This document shows positions 23,601 through 36,117 of a stretch of DNA of 64,000 nucleotides, piece by piece. Source of the stretch: Macrostomum lignano (taxonomy: Eukaryota). The stretch spans positions 1 through 64,000 of the forward strand of contig NIVC01000373.1 of NCBI GenBank assembly GCA_002269645.1. Direction: 5' to 3'. The notes under the pieces are model-generated. The model worked only from the letters and a program-made list of their open reading frames with translations. It was not told where the DNA came from and did not search any database. The position numbers and the translations under genes are program-made. The stretch's first letter is position 1. Every line of letters starts with the position of its first letter.

Positions 23601-26600
23601 CCCACTCAATTCCTGCGAATGCGCCGTGTTTGCCCGGCCAGGCTGCCGTGATGAGCCCGCTGTCCCGCTAGCCGCTGCAGTTGATTTAAGTAGTTAAGCC
23701 GCGGCCCGCGAGCCATTAGCGCCTCAGCAATTAAAAAAGGCGCGCACAAGAGATCACTTGGCTGGCCGAGGGCTTGGCGCGGAAGTGCTGCCTTGTTTAC
23801 TCGCTTGCACCTGAGACTGGCACGACTCGCCGTGTTTTTTAGGCTTTTCCGCTGCCATCGCCAGGCTCTCAATCAATATTTGGCCAGCAATAACTTTTCT
23901 CTCATTCATGCCAAGCGCGGATCCCTAGCCCCCCGCTTCGCAGGAGGTGGAGAAAATCCCCAAGCTGTCACAGGGGCGGAGTGGATCTCCAATTTCTCCA
24001 AAATGCTGTGAGGCAGCTGGGGGCCTCATCAAAAGTTATTTTGCGGAGATTCTCGGCAAGGGCTGAGCGGGTCTCTTCGGTCTGTTATTAAAATCTCGCT
24101 GCGACTCAACAGGATCGACGAGTGCCGCTCGAGTGGCCGCTCCGCCCTCAGATCAGCGTTACTGCATTCAGCCAGGCAGCTTCCTGAGGCAACAAAGCCG
24201 AATAAACAATATTGTGCTCCGGCTCTGCATCTCCAATAGCTCATAAACTGCTTTCAGTCAAGCCCTGGAGTGACTTCTTTACAAACTTGCCTATCAAACT
24301 TGCGAACATGTTCGAATGGGAGAATCTAGAAGAAGAGCTGGGCCGATTTCTCCCCGGGGGGGGGGGTTGCATCACACCCCTGTTGCTCCGGCATAGCTGG
24401 CTGTATGTGTATTTGCTGGCAGTGTGTCCGCACTGTTTGCCCACTCACCCTCTCTGGCCTCGCACCCTTGCGGGCCTTCGAGTGCTGGCTGCCCCCCCCC
24501 TTTCACCGCCGAGCAGCCGAGCGGCTGCGCGCAAGAGCCGTACAAATTGGACACGCTGCTCAAGTGCCACCCGCTCGGGCTCGGGAGAGGCTGTGGCCAC
24601 TCGTCTCTAACATTGAGCACGTGTCCGCTGCGTTTGCAGTGGCCTCCTGATACACTCTGCCTACCAGTCCCTGCGCTTCCTGTGACAGCTGATGGCGCGC
24701 TCCATCACTGGCTTACTCCTCTCATCCCCTTCCCCAAAATCGCCTCTTCCCATCATCGCTCCGGCTTCCGACTCCCCTAAAACCGCTCTGCCTTGCCCAG
24801 ATCCCCCGCTTGTCTTCTCCTTTGTCTTATATTGTATTTTTTATTGGTTGAGTAGGTGAGTGAGAAAGTCGTGTGGCTGGCGACTCTCTTCCTCCTTCCC
24901 GAACTTGAGTGAGAGCTGCAGACCAAGGATTTACAAGCCTGCCTGCCGGGCCCACCACTCTGCTTCCTGAGTGCCCCTGTCTTGCGACCTGGCCCAGCGC
25001 TATGCAAGGAAGTTGGCCTAATGGGAGTGCATCGTAAAAAATAAACAGAAAGAGGAGTAGGAATCAAGCGCCTCCTCACCTGAGTCCCCCGCTCTCCCAT
25101 CATCACCCCAGTCCCTCTCTCCCATCTTCCTGTCTCCTCACTTTCGCTAAAAACTGTCCCTGAGTTGTGCCACTCCGGGATCCTCACAGGCTGGGAAGGC
25201 CATTGTCGGAGCAGGCCGCAGCAGACTGAGCCTTGGCCCCGAGTCCCCTCGGCTCCCCTTGTGAGCACAGGACAAGAGAGGCGCCGAGGGCTCGCTTAAG
25301 CCGAATTTTATGCGTTTTTCGCTGCTGAGCTGCGCCGGGTGACGGGGCGGCCGAACGAATCGAAAGTCAAAAGAGGCCAGGCTTTTTGTTGTTTTCTCTG
25401 TGTGCTCATCATCCGTATCGGGGGGATGCGTCACGCCATGGGGACACACCCGGCCCGAGTCTGAGCTCGGCCCGCGAAGTCAAGCAGCCGGAATTAAGGA
25501 GCGTCCGCCAGCCTTTCTCAGGTTTCTCCCGCGCTGATCGGCGCTGCCGGACCCGTCGCTATTTTATTTCCGGGGGGGGGGGGCTCTGCGACCGAGTCAA
25601 GGTGGGGACAGCCTGGCTGCGCGGGTCAGGGGCCCCGCTGTCATCGGGCCGTTTACTCTGCGCCCGCTATCAAATTCCCATCTCCCGCATTTCAAGCACT
25701 GATTCTCCCATACAGCGGCCCGGCTTCTGTTTGTCCCCCGTCTGTCCGCCCGCCTGCTGTCCTGATGGATCGCGGGCAAACACACGCCAGGGAGAAGGAC
25801 CGCCCGGGCCCTCCTGCCTGCAGAGTGGCTCATCTCACACCTTTTTTACGTGCTTTGACACACGGAAGGCTGGGCGCTGCTAAAATATTCGAGCTCGACG
25901 AGCGGCTTAGCCTTTGATTGATCACTCGGCTTTCCCACTTTCCCAGCTTTTTTATGTAAAGCAGGGGGCAGTAAGTCAACTGCAGTCGTGGCGATGGACT
26001 CCGGAGTCCAAGCCATGGTTTCAGTGCTATCTGACACCGTATGGTAAAGCGGAGTCCCGATCTGCCATATGGCCCCCCATTGTGCCGGGGCTGGGGATTA
26101 TGCCATCAGCTCCGAGCTGTCTAGGAATTCGACTCGATTCGTCTAAGCCGGGCCCGCCCCGCCCCCCTTCACCGCGTCCCCGTCAATTGTCGAAGGAAAA
26201 TCTTTTTAGCACGGCTGGCCGCCACTGAAAAAAAGTGAAAATTGTTGCTCTCTGTCTTGAGAACCTCGTAATTACTGGGACTGGCTTCTGGGAAATAGAA
26301 ATAGCGGGATCCCCTCACCATACCTGGCTTGGCAACGGTCCCTAGGGATCCTAATCTCAGCCTGGCCACTGCTGTCTATGGGCCCGGCCCCGCCCCCTCT
26401 TATGCGTCTCCAAGGGCCGCTCATTCGGGAACTGGACGCGGGTCTGGCAATTCGAATCTTGGCAAATTTAATTGAGCACCGCGCGGTGACAAGAAACTGA
26501 AGCCGCTGAGCAGGGTGGGCAGTCCTGTGCGCTTTGAAGAGTGCAGAAGCCGTGAGACTTGTTAATAAATGAGGAATCGAATTAAAACTTTTATTCACTA

Positions 26601-29600
26601 TTCATCCAGATTGGTTGCAAATCAAACCGACATCATTGTGGGTGAGGGACGCAGACGCGGACAGAGGGGAGACGCAGTGCTGGTCACACTGGAGGGGGGC
26701 TGGCTGAAAAAGACAATATGCAATGCACGGAGGACTGTGGGCTGCAAATTTACACAAATACCAGCAGATGTGTTCAAGAAAATTGAAATGAAAACAGCAA
26801 GACGGTAAAGCGAATCACTTGTACGCATATTGTGTATGTGCGTGCTATCTGAGTGCGCCTGTCTGTCAATCAAAAAATGTCAGTTGCCTGCAGTGCCACT
26901 GCCAACTCCACTGTTAGCGCTGCTGCCGCCACCGCCGCTGCTGCTGGTGGTCGCCGGCCACCAGGGTGTCCCCGGCAGCGGCAGCGGGCAGAGGCCCGGG
27001 TGACCCAGAAACGATCCGAGTAGCGGAGGCGGCGGCGCCGGGAAATGACCGCCGGGAGCGCCGAACGGGAACGGCAGGGGCAGCGGCAGGTGATGGCCGG
27101 GCAGCAGCGACGGCAAGCAGGCGGACTTGCCGTCCCTCACCAGCACGGGTGCGGAGACTCGCTTCGGCGAGCTTAGATGGCCGCCGACCTCCAGGTCCAG
27201 CAGGTGCCGCCCATCGTGGTGATGATGGTGGTGAGCGTCCTTCTCCTGGCTGGCCCGCTTGCACTTGTAGCGGTGGTTCTGGAACCAGATCTTCACCTGC
27301 GTCGGCGTCAGGTTGATGATGCTAGCCAGGTGCTCTCGCTCGGGCGCGGATAGGTATCTCTGCTGGCGGAACCGCCGCTCAAGCTCGTAGCACTGCTGTT
27401 TGGTAAACAGCACGCGCCGCTTGCGCTTCTTCACCTTGCCGCCGCCCAGCTGATCGCCTCCACGAGCCGCGCCGCCGCCCCCGCCGCCACCGCTGAAGCC
27501 TTCGACTGACACCTCATCCTCGTCCTCCTCATCCTCCAGCACAAGGCCCGCCGCCTCCTCTTCGGCGTCGCCCTCGTATTCGTCCGTGTATTCGTCCAGC
27601 TCGTAGCAGCCGCTTGACGGCAGCGGGGCCGCTTCGTCCGCCTCGGAGCTGCAGGGCCAGCGCTCGCTGCTGCCGCCGCCGGGACTGCCGCCTGCGGGCA
27701 CAGTGAATTGAGGGCCGAAATCATTTTTGAGTCTGCGCTGAGCAACAATGGCGCTCGGCTTAGTAGCTTGTAGATGTAATCTGAGACCCTGACATCTGGA
27801 AGGCTTATCCCCAATCATCCCATTCGGAACCTTCCATGCCCTGTTGCGAGGGCCCCTTGCTTTTTTGACTTATTGTCTTTGCGCCTGCGCTAGATAGCAA
27901 TCGATCGCTGGGGCCTTGGAGACCCGGCTGGGGTGGCTCTGCCGGACAACGGGGATCAGGGATCGAAATTGAAGCTTTAATGACAGCCCCGGCCCATCTC
28001 AGCATTTCACGCGCGGCTTGCTATGGGAAAGTTTTTCGCCCCTGCCCCTCTCCCGACCTGTTGCCAATTTCTCTTGTCACCTTCAATTCTATATGTTTTA
28101 CGAGCCTCCCCCTTTCCGCTTGGACAGTTGGCAATTTTGATTGAAGTTCCCCGGGGTTGCCGGGGCCACTCACACTGGAGTGAGTATAAGAGATTGCGCA
28201 ATCAGCCTTTGACTTGAAGCCACACGGTGGCCGAATTTGAGCTAAACACACTTAATTGCCAGGCGCTGGCCTACTCACTGCTCCTCTCGGATCGAATATT
28301 GCTGCAGTGAAATCCCCATCACCTTCATGCTTTGCCAATCCAGTCGTTTTCGCCGGCAGTTGCGGAATCGCCATTTCTCCCGGCATTGCTGCACATGCGG
28401 CCCTCTGTCCCGCTTTTATCGATTTATTCCCATTGTGAATGCGCTGGCCGAGAAGGAATCGACTCCGCCCCCCCTCTGGCGCTTCTAAAGCAGAAACTGT
28501 TTAAAAGCCACCTATGCGCCCATTTGCCACCCCTCCCGTGCTCTCCGATTGATGGCGGCTCGCGAACAAAGAGAGAGAGAGAGAGAGAGGCGTCACGCTG
28601 AGCCCGCACCTGTGCGAGTCTCTGATACTGAGAGAGTGCTCTGCGGCTGTCGCATTCGCCCCAAATCAATGCCTGAAAGCCAGTTCAGTGCCCAGCTGAC
28701 CGCCGTCACTCCGGGCCTCTTCCGCGTGCCCGGCGGGCAAACACGGCCGGCCATTAGAAACGCCTTTACAGCGGCCTGCCAAAACTGACGCCACGGGAGA
28801 TCGAAATGATGCGCTGGAATCCTCAGCCTCGCTGTCCTTCCCCTCCGCCCCGGACTCAACTGCCAAGCAGCTCTTTGTTTTAAAAATCAGTTTGATTAAG
28901 CGGCAGGGCTGTTGCATGACTTGCCTGCCGTATCTGTGTGGCCATGCGGCTTCCAACTCAGCGACTCCCCCGCTAATCTGCGCGCCTGCTCAGCCAGCCG
29001 TGCCCTGGCGTGCCATCCGCTTTTGTCTGCTGCTGTTGCAAATCGGCCTTGCTGCATAGCGAAGGCTTTTTCACCCTTGTTTGCCATCCAGCTCGGCGCA
29101 TCGCTCTTAATGAGTTGCTCCAACTGGAAACTTTGTCTGGCTGAGCCCCCCTCCCCTACTCACTCGCTCCCCTTTTACCTTTTCTCATCGTCTTCTTCAA
29201 CTGTGCTTCGTTGCCTGCGATGAGGATCTGAAGCTGGGGGGCCTAATTGCTGCTGTCTGAGATCCCATCCCCAGATACGAATCCCGAAAAAATCTTTCCA
29301 GCAGCTCTGGATTGAATCTCATCTCTCAACCGTAAATGCATTAGCGCGAGTCGCCCCCCACCCTCGTAGCAATTCCCACTATGCATTGCTGCTTAGAAGC
29401 AGAGCAATCAGCAGAGCAAAGATCAGTGTCTCAGCCTCACCTTGCCGCAACAGCTGCTGCTGCTGCTGCTGCTGATCCACAGCCGCAGTCACTGTCGTGG
29501 CAGCCGCCGTCGCCGACGGCAAATCGTCGTCCAGGTTCAGCAGGGAGCGCACGGAGAACTTGGCGCCCCGCGATGGCTGGGGCAGCGCCGCCTTGATGCC

Positions 29601-32600
29601 GCTGCTGAGTAGGCGGTCCATGGCGAGCTTGAGGTGCTTGAAGGTGATGGCTTGCGATGCTGGGAACTCTGCTGGAGTGACAGGGCCTTGGCGAGCTGTT
29701 CCGGTGACTTGGCAGTCTTCGTTAGGGCTTTTCTTTTTCACTTTTCCCACTCGGGCCTCCCCGTCAAGAGGGGAAAATGTTTGCTGCGGCCCCGCCGGCC
29801 CCATTGGCTGGCCTGCTTGCCCCGCCCGGCATTGGCTGGCAGCCGCCCTCCTCCCCTGCTCCCAGCCTCTCCTCAGCCGCGGCGATCTGGGATTGTGATC
29901 CCAGCCGAGGGGATTAGTAGGAGTGAGCGCACTAGAGCAGGCGATCATTTCCGAATCTCCCCGATCCCCCCGAAGCCTGCAATTTGGGGGGGGGGGGGGG
30001 CTTGGCAACCGGGCAACGTTGCTTTTTTATGAATCCTGCTTAGCTCGGTGACCCGCACCGGCCCGGCGTCACCTTAGCGTTTTCTCATCCCTTCTCTTGT
30101 ATCACCGCCTGTTTAATCCCAATTGAGCACTGGGATTCCGCTGTGATGGACTCTGGACTCGGAATGTTAATGCGGCTTTAGATCTTCATTGATGACTTTC
30201 TAGCGGCTTTATGCTAACACCGTTGTCGATTTCTTTAGATAGTGCGACCCGCATAGCAACTGGCTTGTGTATCGCTGGCTGCAAGCAGCTCGGCTCCTGC
30301 GTTTTATCTTTCACTGCTGTTATCTTTGTCATTTCTGGCACTCTCACCTCACTCAGTCCCATCCTCACCTCTTACTCAGTCCTACTCTCATCTGTCAGTC
30401 TCACTCTTACCTCTCACTCAGTCCCACCCTCACTTCTCAGTCTCACTCTCACCTCTCACTCAGTCCCACCCTCACCTCTCACTCTCACTCTCACCTCTCA
30501 GTCTCACTCTCACCTCTCACTCAGTCCCACTCACCTCTCACTCAGTCCTACTCCTGCCTCTCAGTCTCGCTCTCACCTCTCACTCAGTCCCACCCTCACC
30601 TCTCACTCTCACTCTCACCTCTCAGTCTCACTCTCACCTCTCACTCAGTCCCACTCACCTCTCACTCAGTCCTACTCCTGCCTCTCAGTCTCGCTCTCAC
30701 CTCTCACTCAGTCCCACTGACCTCTCACCACTCAGTCTCACTCTCACCTCTCATTCAGCCTCATTCTCACCTCTTACTCAGTCCCACCCTCACTCAGTCC
30801 CACCCTCACTCAGTCCCACTCTCACCTCTCACTCAGTTCTAATCTCACCTCTCAGTCCCACTCTCACCTCTCCCACTCTCACCTCTCACTCAGTCCTACT
30901 CTCACCTCTCACTCAGTCCCACTCTCACCTCTCACTCAGCCTCATTCTCACCTCTCACTCAGCCTCATTCTCACCTCTCACTCAGTCCCACCCTCACTCT
31001 GTCCCACTCTCACCTCTCACTCAGTCCTACTCTCACGTCTCACTCAGTCTCACTCTTACCTTTCACTCAGTCTCACTCTCACCTTTCACTCAGCCTCATT
31101 CTCACCTCTCACTCAGTCCCACCCTCACTCAGTCCCACCCTCACTCAGTCCCACCCTCGCTCAGTCCCACCCTCACTCAGTCCTACTCTCACGTCTCACT
31201 CAGTTCTACTCTCACGTCTCACTCAGTTCTACTCTCACGTCTCACTCAGTCTCACTCTTACCTTTCACTCAGTCTCACTCTCACCTTTCACTCAGCCTCA
31301 GCCTCATTCTCACCTCTCACTCAGTCCCACCCTCGCTCAGTCCCACCCTCACTCAGTCCTACTCTCACGTCTCACTCAGTTCTACTCTCACGTCTCACTC
31401 AGTTCTACTCTCACGTCTCACTCAGTCTCACTCTTACCTTTCACTCAGTCTCACTCTCACCTTTCACTCAGCCTCAGCCTCATTCTCACCTCTCACTCAG
31501 TCCCACCCTCACTCTCAGTCTCACTCTCACCTCTCACTCTCTCACCTCTCAGTCTCACTCTCACCTCTCACTCTCTCACCTCTCCCACTCTCACCTCTCA
31601 GTCTCACTCTCACCTCTCACTCTCTCACCTCTCCCACTCTCACCTCTCACTCAGTCCCACTCTCACCTCTCACTCAAGCCAATAGAACGCACAAAAACAA
31701 CGTTTCTTACAATGACATGGACTCAGACGCTGTCAAGGGGATCAGCTGAGTCCTCAAAAAAATTACATCCTCAAAAGAAAAAGGGTCTATCTTTCTAATT
31801 TATTGCTTTAACTAAAACTCGTCATCTGACCTAGATCTCGAAATTAATACTACTCAACTGATCGAGCAGATCACTACTCAAATGAGCAAATCACTATTCA
31901 AAACCAGCAAATCACTATTTAAAATCAGCAAATCACTATTTAAAATCAGCAAATCACTATTTAAAATCAGCAAATCACTATTTAAAATCAACAAATCACT
32001 ATTCAAAATCAACAAATCACTATTTAAAATCAGCAAATCACTATTCAAAATCAACAAATCACTATTTAAAATCAGCAAATCACTATTTAAAATCAGCAAA
32101 TCACTATTTAAAATCAACAAATCACTATTTAAAATCAGCAAATCACTATTCAAAACCAGCAAATCACTATTCAAAATCAGCAAATCACTATTCAAAATCA
32201 ACAAATCACTATTTAAAATCAGCAAATCACTATTCAAAATCAACAAATCACTATTCAAAATCAACAAATCACTATTTAAAATCAGCAAATCACTATTCAA
32301 AATCAACAAATCACTATTTAAAATCAGCAAATCACTATTTAAAATCAACAAATCACTATTTAAAATCAGCAAATCACTATTTAAAATCAGCAAATCACTA
32401 TTCAAAATCAACAAATCACTATTTAAAATCAGCAAATCACTATTCAAAATCAGCAAATCACTATTCAAAATCAGCAAATCACTATTCAAAATCAGCAAAT
32501 CACTATTCAAAATCAACAAATCACTATTCAAAATCAGCAAATCACTATTTAAAATCAGCAAATCACTATTCAAAATCTTCCTAGCCTTTCAACCAGCGCA

Positions 32601-33105
32601 TTTATTGGCCCCCGACCCGAGCTCGCTACTTACAGTAGAGCCCAGCGACAATGGCATCTCAATTTAGTGCTGAAACCAATTCCCCCGCAGGCGACCCGAG
32701 TACGCGCTCGGCTCGTCCGCCCCGCTGAAGTCGCTGCCGGCCGGGCCCGCCAAGGTCTGGCAGGTCAGCGCCAACGACGACGACGACGGCCTGATCGACA
32801 CAGACGAGCTGCTCACCGAGGAGGACCGCGCGCCCCCCGTTGTGGCGGCGGCCCCCAGCTGCGGGGAGGCCTCCGGCGCTGCCGGCAAGAAGCGCGCCTG
32901 CAAGAACTGCACCTGCGGCCTGGCCGAAGAGGAGGCCGCCGCTGCCGCTGCCGGAGCCGCCGCGCCGGCGCCGAAGTCGTCCTGCGGCAACTGCTACCTG
33001 GGCGACGCTTTCCGCTGCTCAAGCTGCCCCTACCTGGGCCTGCCGCCCTTCAAGCCCGGCGAGGCCGTCACCATCCCGGCCGGCCGGCTCGCTGCCGACC
33101 TCTGA
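20614..33105 (+). CDS. CIAPIN1: Anamorsin / Fe-S cluster assembly protein Dre2, two exons separated by an 11.7-kb intron
   Basis: Exon 1 20614-20981 (methyltransferase-like; LLRPGG, DLTLAGF; donor AG|GTAGAG, phase 2). Exon 2 32691-33105 (acceptor TTCCCCCGCAG; [65 protein letters not shown]). The phases match. Confidence 0.92.
21013..22190. repeat. ~20-bp purine-rich minisatellite (GAGAGGTAGCTGGAGATGGA/GT) at the 5' end of the CIAPIN1 intron
   Basis: Direct inspection. Confidence 0.92.
26880..29621 (-). CDS. NKX2-2: NK2-class homeobox transcription factor (Nkx2.2/vnd type), two exons
   Basis: Exon 1 29621-29441 (TN/eh1 motif [10 protein letters not shown]; donor AAG|GTGAGG, phase 1). Exon 2 27691-26880 (homeodomain [59 protein letters not shown] with Tyr54; NK2-specific domain [15 protein letters not shown]). 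Start ATG is inferred. Confidence 0.93.
30340..31675. repeat. C/T-rich degenerate minisatellite (CTCACCTCTCACTCAGTCCCACT variants)
   Basis: Direct inspection. Confidence 0.9.
31878..32575. repeat. 21-bp AT-rich minisatellite (AAAATCAGCAAATCACTATTT), ~33 copies
   Basis: Direct inspection; 7-aa periodic spurious ORFs on both strands. Confidence 0.95.
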
Positions 33106-33224
33106 GCTGCCGGCTTGGCGATCGAGTATTAGGCTGACCGCGGCTGCCCTGCACATTCAGTTTGCTTACTCTGCCTTGCTGCACCTTGTATAACTGTCCC
33201 CGCTTTGATTTAATGGCTTATTGG

Positions 33225-33812
33225 CGAGCTTCAGGTCAGGTCTAGAGGGTGTCTGTGTAGCTTCAGGTCAGGTCTAGAGGGTGTCTGTATAGCTTCAGGT
33301 CAGGTCTAGAGGGTGTCTGTGTAGCTTCAGGTCAGGTCTAGAGGGTGTCTGTGTAGCTTCAGGTCAGGTCTAGAGGGTGTCTGTTTAGCTTCAGGTCAGG
33401 TCTAGAGGGTGTCTGTATAGCTTCAGGTCAGGTCTAGAGGGTGTCTGTGTAGCTTCAGGTCAGGTCTAGAGGGTGTCTGTTTAGCTTCAGGTCAGGTCTA
33501 GAGGGTGTCTGTATAGCTTCAGGTCAGGTCTAGAGGGTGTCTGTGTAGCTTCAGGTCAGGTCTAGAGGGTGTCTGTGTAGCTTCAGGTCAGGTCTAGAGG
33601 GTGTCTGTGTAGCTTCAGGTCAGGCCTGGAGGGTGTCTGTGTAGCTTCAGGTCAGGTCTAGAGGGTGTCTGTGTAGCTTCAGGTCAGGCCTGGAGGGTGT
33701 CTGTGTAGCTTCAGGTCAGGTCTAGAGGGTGTCTGTGTAGCTTCAGGTCAGGCCTGGAGGGTGTCTGTGTAGCTTCAGGTCAGGTCTAGAGGGTGTCTGT
33801 GTAGCTTCAGGT
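33225..33812. repeat. 32-bp minisatellite (AGCTTCAGGTCAGGTCTAGAGGGTGTCTGTGT), ~18 copies
   Basis: Direct inspection; lies ~120 bp after the CIAPIN1 stop. Confidence 0.95.
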
Positions 33813-34366
33813 CCAGTCTTACTCATGTCTGTGTAGCTTCACCTGCGCAGCCGCACTGCTGCTGCATTGCAATGTCATTGTGTGTCTTTTTCATTTGAAA
33901 GCCGCCCGGCCAGACTGAAGCTCCTGTCTGGCAGCCCCTGATTGGCTGCGGCTCTCCGTGTCTCCAGCGAATCCACCACCCAATGCTTATCCATCGGCCG
34001 GTCTTGATTTCGGTTCCAAATAAAGCAGAATTTAATTGTTGATTGCGCAAAACACCTCTCAATATTTTGTGTCTTGGCTGACGCCCTTTGTCCCAAGCAT
34101 TAACCGGGTGCATTTTTTAACTTTTCCGTATTTTTTTAAAAATGTTTACATTTGCCTACTCATAGTAGGCTATTTGGGTCCATTCAGCATCACACAAGTT
34201 TCATAAGCTATACTTGCCACAGAAGTTCTGTGATACTTGCTGCATCAGAAAATGCGATTCACATTTCAGTGCAATGGGTTTAAAGCGACAACCACAGTCT
34301 GTATTCTGTGACTCAAGTGAATATGATCGAGGTAAGGTAGCACGCTTTAGAAGGCAAAGGAATATA

Positions 34367-34894
34367 AAAGTGAAAATCAGCATAAATTAAATTAACTTCT
34401 TTCGACGCGTTTCGGTCCAACAAGGCCATCTTCAGGGTCTGATGTGTTTGTATTTAGGGTCTGTGATAGTCCAAAGGGCGTATCAGGGGCAGAGTTTTTC
34501 AACAGAAAGTGAGCAAAGATTATGAGTACACTGATCAGGTTAGTGCCTTCACTTAGAACACCTTGAGCAAATGGCCCGCACCACTATGGGAAAGCTGAAT
34601 ATTAAGATTTGGTTTTTGGTTTTTGATGTACATGGATTCGAGTCTATTGAGCCTAAAGTCAGTCCTACACCGATCAATAATTTTGAACTGCTGAGTTTGC
34701 TCAATTTCGCAACAGCTGTTGCAACAGAGCAGGTGGTCTTGGATAGCCGACCTTTTCAACCAATGCTCTCTGACTCTGGTGTACTCACAAAAAAGTTGTT
34801 GTTTGTGAGTTAAAATAGTCAGACCTTGAAGATGGCCTTGTTGGACCGAAACGCGTCGAAAGAAGTTAATTTAATTTATGTTGATTTTCACTTT
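34367..34894 (-). mobile_element. 5'-truncated Penelope-like retroelement: GIY-YIG endonuclease C-terminus flanked by 76-bp inverted terminal segments
   Basis: ORF 34553-34759 (KRSAIQDHLL...FKIIDRC...LNRLESMYIKNQKPNLNIQ) resembles the C-terminus of PLE GIY-YIG endonucleases. Arms 34367-34442 and 34819-34894 are reverse complements with 2 mismatches. Confidence 0.8.
34404..34436 (-). ncRNA. Minimal hammerhead-ribozyme core motif (PLE type); stem I not evident
   Basis: Minus strand reads CUGAAGA-U-GGCC-UUGUU-GGACC-GAAAC-GC-GUC. The inverted copy at ~34825-34857 (+) has UUGAAGA. Stem III ACGCGU is palindromic. Confidence 0.5.
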
Positions 34895-34959
34895 CATAGT
34901 ATGATCGAATTCCGAGGGTGAATCCACATTCCAGAGTGACATTTTGAGGAAAATTTTAT

Positions 34960-35690
34960 AAGAGTGAATTTTAGACTGAAGTTCTGAGAATGAATCCCAA
35001 AGTGATTTCTGAGAGTGAATCGCAGAGTGAGATTCTGAGAGTGAGACCCAGAATGAGATTCTGAGAGTGAGACCCAGAATGAGATTCTGAGAGTGAATCC
35101 CAGAATGAGATTCTGAGAGAGAATCGCAGAATGAGATTCTGAGAGAGAATCGCAGAGTGAGATTCTGAGAGTGAATCGCAGTGTGAGATTCTGAGAGTGA
35201 ATCCCAGAATGAGTTTCTGAGTGAATCCCAGAATGAGATTCTGAGTGAATCCCAGAATGAGATTCTGAGAGAGAATCGCAGAGTGAGATTCTGAGAGTGA
35301 ATCCCAGAATGAGATTCTGAGAGAGAATCGCAGAATGAGATTCTGAGAGAGAATCGCAGAGTGAGATTCTGAGAGAGAATCGCAGAGTGAGATTCTGAGA
35401 GTGAATCCCAGAATGAGATTCTGAGAGAGAATCGCAGAGTGAGATTCTGAGAGAGAATCGCAGAGTGAGATTCTGAGAGAGAATCGCAGAGTGAGATTCT
35501 GAGAGAGAATCGCAGAGTGAGATTCTGAGAGAGAATCGCAGAGTGAGATTCTGAGAGAGAATCGCAGAATGAGATTCTGAGAGTGAATCCCAGAATGAGA
35601 TTCTGAGAGTGAATCCCAGAGTGAGATTCTGAGAGTGAATCCCAAAGTGATTTTCTGAGAGTGAATCCCAGAATGAGATTCTGAGACCAA
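34960..35690. repeat. ~26-bp minisatellite (GAGATTCTGAGAGAGAATCGCAGAGT)
   Basis: Direct inspection. Confidence 0.92.
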
Positions 35691-36117
35691 ATGCATAAAG
35701 TGAATCTCTAAGGGTGAGTATAAGGCCTGCTTCTTGTCAAACAGGCATGTTCTGGAAAGATAAAGAAAAAGTCAGACAAAACTGCAGTTGGCGACTCCGA
35801 GTTCAGTGTCAGTTTTATTTCAAAGCTGCTCAGTGCAACGATTTAAACAAGCCAGCGCGAACACGTGGAATCATAGGAGGGTTTGTGTGCGTCTACTACT
35901 TATTTGGGTTCTGCGGTTGCTGGGTGCAGCGGCGTGCATCTGCAATCGCGGTTGGCCAAGCAGTTTATACATGCATGTAATGGTTCTGAAATTCGTGGCT
36001 CCGACTTGAGAACTCTGATTTGAACTTGAGCTGATTGCACAACATATGGGAGGGAGAGATTAATGATTAAGAAAACTGATCAGATCGCATCACAATGATC
36101 AGGATTAATCTGATCTA

